A model generated the notes under the pieces. That model searched no databases. It was given only the letters and a program-made list of their open reading frames with translations, and had not been told where the DNA came from. A DNA stretch of 59,940 nucleotides, from positions 1-59,940 of the IMG/VR virus record IMGVR_UViG_3300027908_000028. One strand, written 5' to 3'. This stretch comes from a virus. Taxonomy: Duplodnaviria; Caudoviricetes. The position numbers and the translations under genes were made by a program. Of this stretch, positions 55,079-59,940 are shown one piece after another (position 1 is the stretch's first letter; every line of letters begins with the position of its first letter).

Positions 55079-56042
55079 CGTCGAGGCTGTCCTGCGTGTG
55101 CTCGAGATCAAAACCGAGCGACGCGAGCGCGCTGGGTGCCTCTGGGGACTTTGTCCGTTTCACGCGGATACCTCGCCAAGCTGGCGCATTCGTGTCGATC
55201 CCGATCATGAGCGCTACGGGCAGCACCACTGTTTCGCGTGTCAGTCAGGGGGAACGCTCGCGGAACTGGTCTCGCACGTGCGCGGCATCACGCTCTCTGG
55301 CGCGTACGACTGGCTAGACGAATTCAACGAGAAGGTTCACGTTGTTCAGCGAGAGGTCCCTGGCGTGCGTGTCGAGATGACGACGGCAGAGCGCGTCTTT
55401 CGAATGCCGCCGGAAGTGATCTTCGCGCGCTGGGAAGATTGGGTCTCTCCTGCGCGCAAGTACCTCGAAGAGCGCGGTGTCACGAAGAGGCAAGTCGACA
55501 TGTTCGGGATCGGCTACGCGGTCGACGGCCGACTTGCCGGACGCATCGTGTTCACGGTTCTTGATCCCGCGACGATGTCCCCTGTCTCGTACATGGCGCG
55601 CGACTTCTCGGGAAGCCGTCGTGCGAAGCGTTACCTCTGGCCAGCATCGGAGGAGAATGCCGACTCTGACATGATGTTTGGTGAGCATCTCTGGACGTTT
55701 CCGGCGTACCGGACAGATATCGTAGTCACCGAGGGAGCCTTCAATGCGCTCGCGGTCGAGCGCGCACTACTCGGACCCAATAGGGTCACGGTCGGTGCCT
55801 TGGGAACCTCGGCACTTCGCGACGAGCATGCGGGGAAGCTTGCGACTTTCAAGCGTGTGATTGTCCTGACTGATGCCGATCCAGCGGGTGACAAGGCTGC
55901 GAACGAATTGCATACCGCGCTCGCGCGCCACACGCGCGTCACTCGTGTTAGATTGGCTACTGGCAAGGACGCAAACGATCTCTCTGTCGAAGATCTCCGA
56001 GCATCGCTATGGCCCGCCCTCATCACTCCACCTCCTACCTGA
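55068..56042 (+). CDS. dnaG: DnaG-like primase (CHC2 Zn finger plus TOPRIM)
   Basis: CPFHADTSPS...CFAC, YLEERG, VTEG, DADPAG, KDAND. Confidence 0.9.
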   Translation: MVADVEAVLRVLEIKTERRERAGCLWGLCPFHADTSPSWRIRVDPDHERYGQHHCFACQSGGTLAELVSHVRGITLSGAYDWLDEFNEKVHVVQREVPGVRVEMTTAERVFRMPPEVIFARWEDWVSPARKYLEERGVTKRQVDMFGIGYAVDGRLAGRIVFTVLDPATMSPVSYMARDFSGSRRAKRYLWPASEENADSDMMFGEHLWTFPAYRTDIVVTEGAFNALAVERALLGPNRVTVGALGTSALRDEHAGKLATFKRVIVLTDADPAGDKAANELHTALARHTRVTRVRLATGKDANDLSVEDLRASLWPALITPPPT

Positions 56043-56248
56043 ACGAGTTGCACGCGCGCGATCCCGCAGAGCTGAAGGAAGCGATCCGAACGGCGATCTT
56101 CCAAAGCGCTGGATCTGTCACGGAAGCCGCGAGGATTCTCGACGTGTCCCATCTGTGCTTGATTCGGTGGCTGCATCGGATGGGCATGATTCACGAGCCG
56201 AGGATCGTCCGTAAGGAGATGGCGGGACGTTTCCGCCTGACGGCATGA
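56009..56248 (+). CDS. Fis-like HTH protein
   Basis: AI..SAGSVTEAARILDVS...L.RWL..MG. Confidence 0.7.
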   Translation: MARPHHSTSYLNELHARDPAELKEAIRTAIFQSAGSVTEAARILDVSHLCLIRWLHRMGMIHEPRIVRKEMAGRFRLTA

Positions 56249-56787
56249 GCGACTTCGCCGACAAGCACCCGCGCGACGAGCACGGGCGATTCACCTCGGG
56301 GGGAGGTGAGCTAGGTCTCTGGGCCACCTCGCGCGCACCGAAGACCGCGGGCAGCCTTCTCCAACGCGCAGAGAAGGCGGGTGGCTACAGCTATCGGCCG
56401 GACGATCCCCACCCGACGACGGGCTACATGGTCAGCTTGCCGACCAGCGCCGGAGCGAATCACGTCGTTGACATCAAGGAGATGATGTCTCGCACGCCTC
56501 CGCCCACGCGCGCAGAGGCGCGAGCCGAGCTGAAGAAACAGATCGCCGGGTTTCTGAAGGCGAACTTGCCGAAGCTTCAATCCATGCCCAAAGATCACTA
56601 CCTAGGTGGGTGGGTAGAACGGCATAACGGAGACAAGGACGGCACTCCCATCGCCATGCACTTCGACATCTCTCAGCGAATGCCCGATCGTGAAAAGGCT
56701 CTGCAAGCCGGCAGGGAGCGCAATCAGCTTGCGGTCTGGCACCTCGACAAACAGGAAGAGATCTCGACGGGAGGTACCGGGCGATGA
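56245..56787 (+). CDS. hypothetical protein with N-terminal HPRDEHGRF motif
   Basis: GGYS, GYMVS, YLGGW, FDIS, NQLAVW motifs. Confidence 0.7.
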   Translation: MSDFADKHPRDEHGRFTSGGGELGLWATSRAPKTAGSLLQRAEKAGGYSYRPDDPHPTTGYMVSLPTSAGANHVVDIKEMMSRTPPPTRAEARAELKKQIAGFLKANLPKLQSMPKDHYLGGWVERHNGDKDGTPIAMHFDISQRMPDREKALQAGRERNQLAVWHLDKQEEISTGGTGR

Positions 56788-56945
56788 CTACTCCCAAGAA
56801 GGCGCGTAAGCCGGTGATCATCGTTCACCCGAACGAGCTGAAGACGAAGAAGCAACAGGATGCCTTCGTCGACAAGGCGACCGACACGATGATGGGGCTC
56901 CTAGACGAATACGCTCGGAAGACTGGCACCGCGCCACTCAAGTGA
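56784..56945 (+). CDS. small hypothetical protein (53 aa)
   Basis: GGAGGT SD, ATGA coupling; below the ORF-track length cutoff. Confidence 0.55.
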   Translation: MTTPKKARKPVIIVHPNELKTKKQQDAFVDKATDTMMGLLDEYARKTGTAPLK

Positions 56946-56960
56946 CGGCATAACGAAGGC

Positions 56961-57470
56961 GTGGGATTCCCGGTGACCAAGGTCGACGAACTGTTGGCGC
57001 AGACGCGCGAGGCCGGCGAGCGCCTCGACGAAGTGCGTACCGATGCGGTGGATGGCGCCGTGATGGCGCTCCGCGAGCTAGAGACGAAGGTCCAGGAAGC
57101 CCTCGGCGAGGACACACTTCGAGGGATGGTCGACCTTGTCCCCGGCGCTTCAGAGCGCTGCTACGGGGCTCAGCTCAGCGCGAAGAAGTATGGCGTCGAT
57201 ACGGAGCTACCCGACGACGGGCGCGAAGTGCTGTGTATGAACAAGGCCGGGTGCGTCGTGTGGATGCGTCGCATTTCAACGCCCGCGGCGTGGGGCGCGC
57301 GTCCGCTCAAGGATGACGAGATCCGCGCCGAGTTCCTCGAGCCGGCAACGCGCGCCGTGCAGACCATTCTCGAGCGCCACCTTGCGCGCACGGCGCGCAC
57401 GCACGCGAACTATGAAGCCGTGGCCCAGCTGAGCGCGAAGCTCGCCGGTGCCATCGGCTTCAAGCTCTGA
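56961..57470 (+). CDS. hypothetical protein
   Basis: 169 aa; GGCATAAC 6 nt upstream; TGA runs into palindrome copy 10. Confidence 0.65.
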   Translation: MGFPVTKVDELLAQTREAGERLDEVRTDAVDGAVMALRELETKVQEALGEDTLRGMVDLVPGASERCYGAQLSAKKYGVDTELPDDGREVLCMNKAGCVVWMRRISTPAAWGARPLKDDEIRAEFLEPATRAVQTILERHLARTARTHANYEAVAQLSAKLAGAIGFKL

Positions 57471-57490
57471 CCGAAAGTCGACTTTCGGTC
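57469..57490. repeat. 22-bp palindrome copy 10 (perfect; extends to 26 bp)
   Basis: CTGACCGAAAGTCGACTTTCGGTCAG between convergent genes. Confidence 0.97.
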
Positions 57491-57809
57491 AGCCCTTTGT
57501 AGCAGTGCCTTTGAGCACTTCGATCGCGGCGTCAAGTCCCTCCGCGCGTCCGCGGAAGAAGTCGCGATCCTCTGGAGACATCTCTTTCGAATGGGCGCTG
57601 ATATCCGCGAGCTTGCTGAACGTTCGGAGCTGACGAATGCACTTGTCAGCAAACGCCACCTTTGGGGCTACGCGCACGGCGACGACAGTCATCCCGCCGT
57701 CTGCGCATCCCTGACACACACGAGCCCCGCGTCGCTTCCCGTTCGAGTCGAACAAGATCACGATCGCGCCCTTCCTGTACTCCTTGCCACATCCCGGACA
57801 TGTCTTCAT
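57489..57809 (-). CDS. Zn-finger hypothetical protein
   Basis: AAGGGA SD; CPGC...CQGC. Confidence 0.6.
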   Translation of the reverse strand: MKTCPGCGKEYRKGAIVILFDSNGKRRGARVCQGCADGGMTVVAVRVAPKVAFADKCIRQLRTFSKLADISAHSKEMSPEDRDFFRGRAEGLDAAIEVLKGTATKG

Positions 57810-57832
57810 GGTCGTTCCCTTTCTTGCTTCGG

Positions 57833-58015
57833 TCACACTACTCGTCGGTATCCTCGCTCTTTTGCAAGGGCCGCGAGCCACTCGTCGCTTACGTCGCGAA
57901 GAAGATCCATCGCTTCGTTGTATTCATTGCTGCCAGGTTTGCAGCTGAGGGCGTAGGTGCGGAGGTTGTCCGCCTTGATCCGCAACTCCTGAGCCGTGGG
58001 TTTGTCGGTGCTCAT
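57833..58015 (-). CDS. small hypothetical protein
   Basis: 60 aa ORF in the minus-strand run. Confidence 0.55.
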   Translation of the reverse strand: MSTDKPTAQELRIKADNLRTYALSCKPGSNEYNEAMDLLRDVSDEWLAALAKERGYRRVV

Positions 58016-58018
58016 GTT

Positions 58019-58195
58019 TCAGAACTTGCTCGGCTCGAAGGCCGCGTAGTCGTAGAAGTCGACCTCAGGACCCTCAACCGTGTGGGTCACTTCGTAGAAG
58101 GCATCGCACTCCGCGGCGAACCGCGCGGCTTCCTCCACCGTGGCGAAGGACTTGGTGAACTCGGCGACGCAAGTCTCGTAGTTGACCTTGAACAT
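58019..58195 (-). CDS. small acidic hypothetical protein
   Basis: GGGAG SD before MFKVNY. Confidence 0.55.
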   Translation of the reverse strand: MFKVNYETCVAEFTKSFATVEEAARFAAECDAFYEVTHTVEGPEVDFYDYAAFEPSKF

Positions 58196-58237
58196 GACTC
58201 CCGTTCTTTCCGGAGGGACGCATCCCTCACGAGTCAG

Positions 58238-58338
58238 ATCATAGTCACTAGGACAACCGGCGCAAGGGATCTCGCGCAAGTGCGCGATGTCACTAGGACA
58301 AGATCACCCCTTGCGCGGCTTGTCCCAGTGATTATCTT
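58238..58338. promoter_or_regulatory. mirror-image divergent promoters with three TTGTCCYAGTGA boxes
   Basis: left TTGCGC-N16-TATGAT (minus), right TTGCGC-N16-TATCTT (plus); boxes at 58245-58256, 58290-58301, 58320-58331. Confidence 0.7.
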
Positions 58339-58362
58339 GAGTGCTGGAAGGACGGCGCAACG

Positions 58363-58803
58363 ATGACGACGACATGGGAGAGCAAGTTTGCAGCAGTGCT
58401 CGGAGCTTCGGCCAAGAAGGCGGGAATGAGCCTGGACGGTCTGAAGTGGGAGCGGTGCACCACGGATGCTACCTGGGGCGATCGGTGTGGACTCGTCTTC
58501 TTCGGCGCGTCTCCCGAGATCAACAAGCGCGCTGCCAAGTTCTTCGAGGCATGGGCCGCTCTGAACTTGCGCAAGGCCGGCATTGTCGGCGACTACAATG
58601 CTCAGGAGTCGATCCGGTTCGAGGGCCTCTTTCACTACCTCGCGTACAACAACGGTGCGCGGGGTTGGTACCGTGGCGCGGACCTCGAGAGTCTCAAGGT
58701 GGGCGACGTCAAGTACACGCTGAGCAACGGCTTCGATCTGGCGCTCACGGAGAAGCGCGACGGCTTCGCAACGAGCTATGTCTACTACCCCTGCGGGGAT
58801 TGA
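58363..58803 (+). CDS. hypothetical protein
   Basis: 146 aa, GAAGGA SD, downstream of the rightward promoter. Confidence 0.65.
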   Translation: MTTTWESKFAAVLGASAKKAGMSLDGLKWERCTTDATWGDRCGLVFFGASPEINKRAAKFFEAWAALNLRKAGIVGDYNAQESIRFEGLFHYLAYNNGARGWYRGADLESLKVGDVKYTLSNGFDLALTEKRDGFATSYVYYPCGD

Positions 58804-58815
58804 AGGAGAACAGCG

Positions 58816-59013
58816 ATGATGAAGGTGACCATGTTTCGTGAGGGCCACACGATGTACGGCTTCGAGCCTGAAGATGCGGAGACGGCTGGGGAGCTTCGGA
58901 TGCACTTCCCGGATGCCACGTGGCTTGGTCGCGTGATGTACGCCGATCAGCACTACGCTCAGGGGGTTGTGAACGTCCTAGAGGATTTCGGCGTCGAGAT
59001 CGACGTCGTCTGA
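58816..59013 (+). CDS. small hypothetical protein
   Basis: AAGGAG SD; TGA runs into palindrome copy 11. Confidence 0.65.
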   Translation: MMKVTMFREGHTMYGFEPEDAETAGELRMHFPDATWLGRVMYADQHYAQGVVNVLEDFGVEIDVV

Positions 59014-59033
59014 CCGAAAGTCGACTTTCGGTC
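59012..59033. repeat. 22-bp palindrome copy 11 (perfect)
   Basis: GACCGAAAGTCGACTTTCGGTC. Confidence 0.97.
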
Positions 59034-59119
59034 CTCTTCGCTTCTTGACTTCAGCGCCACCAAGGCGCAATAACAGTTCGACAACGCAACGGGCTGCGGC
59101 CCTGGAAAGGAAGAGCGAC

Positions 59120-59940
59120 ATGCTCACGCATCATGACGGAAGGGACTACAACGTCGCGGCGAGTGAAGCTGCGAAGCACGCGCGTGGCATCATGGAGGCT
59201 CGCATCGCGGAAGGTCGCGCGAGTGCCGTCCACCTGATGGAGACGGTCAACTCCAAGATCCCGGCCGACTACATCGCCCGGGGCAACGGGATGAAGTTCA
59301 TTGCAGACGCGGAGGTCGAGGATCACGGCGTGATGGTCAACACTTCGTGCCTGGCCGTCGAGCTGAAGAATCTGAGCGGCCCGGCGTTCGGGATCCACGC
59401 TCACGCGCTTCAGCAGATCTGTACGAAGGCAGGCGTTCCCTACGCCTACCTTTCGGAGTTGGTCCGAGCCAAGGAACCCTGGGCTCGCGCGATGGCGGCA
59501 CACATCCTGAACGAGCACTACAATCAGAAGCGCGACGACAAGGGCGAGAACCTCTCGACATCGCGCAACCTCGTCCGCGCGGTTGACGGTCAGGTTCGCG
59601 GCTTCCTCTCGGACCGCTACCGCCGACTCGACTCTCGTCCTCTGCTCGACACCTTCGCGCGGAGCTGCCAGAAGTACGGCGCGGTTCCCGTCGAAGGTGT
59701 GGTGACCGATACGCGCCTCGCGCTCAAGGCGTACCTCCCGCTCGTCTTCGAGCCGGTTCCGAACGAGGTGATGCTCTTCGGGGTCGAGTGGAGCAATTCC
59801 GACTTCGGCGCTGGCAAACACGCAGTGCGCGCGATCATGCTTCGCCTGTGGTGTACCAACAAGGCGACGCTCGAGGACTCACTCTCCCAGGTCCACATCG
59901 GCGGACGCCTCTCTGAGGACGTCGAGGTTTCGGAGAAGAC
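59120..59940 (+). CDS. DUF932-like protein, truncated by the window end
   Basis: manual translation: HALQQ, VRGFLSDRYRRLD, NSDFGAG, RLWCTN, VHIG; AAGGA SD. Confidence 0.75.
   Translation, partial: MLTHHDGRDYNVAASEAAKHARGIMEARIAEGRASAVHLMETVNSKIPADYIARGNGMKFIADAEVEDHGVMVNTSCLAVELKNLSGPAFGIHAHALQQICTKAGVPYAYLSELVRAKEPWARAMAAHILNEHYNQKRDDKGENLSTSRNLVRAVDGQVRGFLSDRYRRLDSRPLLDTFARSCQKYGAVPVEGVVTDTRLALKAYLPLVFEPVPNEVMLFGVEWSNSDFGAGKHAVRAIMLRLWCTNKATLEDSLSQVHIGGRLSEDVEVSEK

Noticed and set aside
5157-59033. 22-bp palindrome as CRISPR repeat, intrinsic terminator or N15-type telomere site
   Set aside because: Copies are kilobases apart with no spacer array or cas genes; there is no loop or U-tract; protelomerase sites are single-copy and no protelomerase is visible
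1-59940. tRNA/rRNA genes, integrase/att sites, stop-codon reassignment
   Set aside because: No cloverleaf or recombinase motifs recognised; genes are intact under the standard code. A tRNAscan/Infernal run would be needed to exclude RNA genes fully

Overview
A ~60 kb, GC-rich slice of a tailed dsDNA phage with a contractile tail. A Myxococcota (Polyangiales-like) host is my inference from a Cys/DAG-rich lipoprotein. Layout: small accessory genes with an AAA+ ATPase, MazG-like and ParB-N-like proteins (1-11.3 kb); a hydrolase/lysis-like cassette (C1 peptidase, DUF1906-like GH, secreted lysozyme-like protein; 11.3-13.8 kb); head genes (portal, MuF, antisense HNH, scaffold, major capsid; 15.8-23.8 kb); neck, sheath, tube, frameshifted chaperone, tape measure, baseplate and fibres (24-45.3 kb); a minus-strand accessory block; a candidate origin (48.8-49.0 kb); a replication module (intein-containing SF2 helicase, DnaB-like helicase, DnaG-like primase); and early-type genes behind mirror-image promoters, ending in a truncated DUF932-like gene. 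I saw no terminase, integrase, DNA polymerase, tRNA or CRISPR array. Main observations: (1) eleven dispersed copies of the 22-bp palindrome GACCGAAAGTCGACTTTCGGTC, mostly at gene junctions; (2) an intein whose endonuclease is a separate +1-frame gene nested in the still-open intein frame, with its own candidate leaderless promoter; (3) a recurrent GGCATCAC element 6-7 nt before start codons; (4) a candidate two-state RNA switch before the tail chaperone; (5) small proteins sharing His-heptad repeats and short Trp or HPRD..G(K/R)F tags. All product calls come from motif recognition and gene order by eye; no database searches were run.
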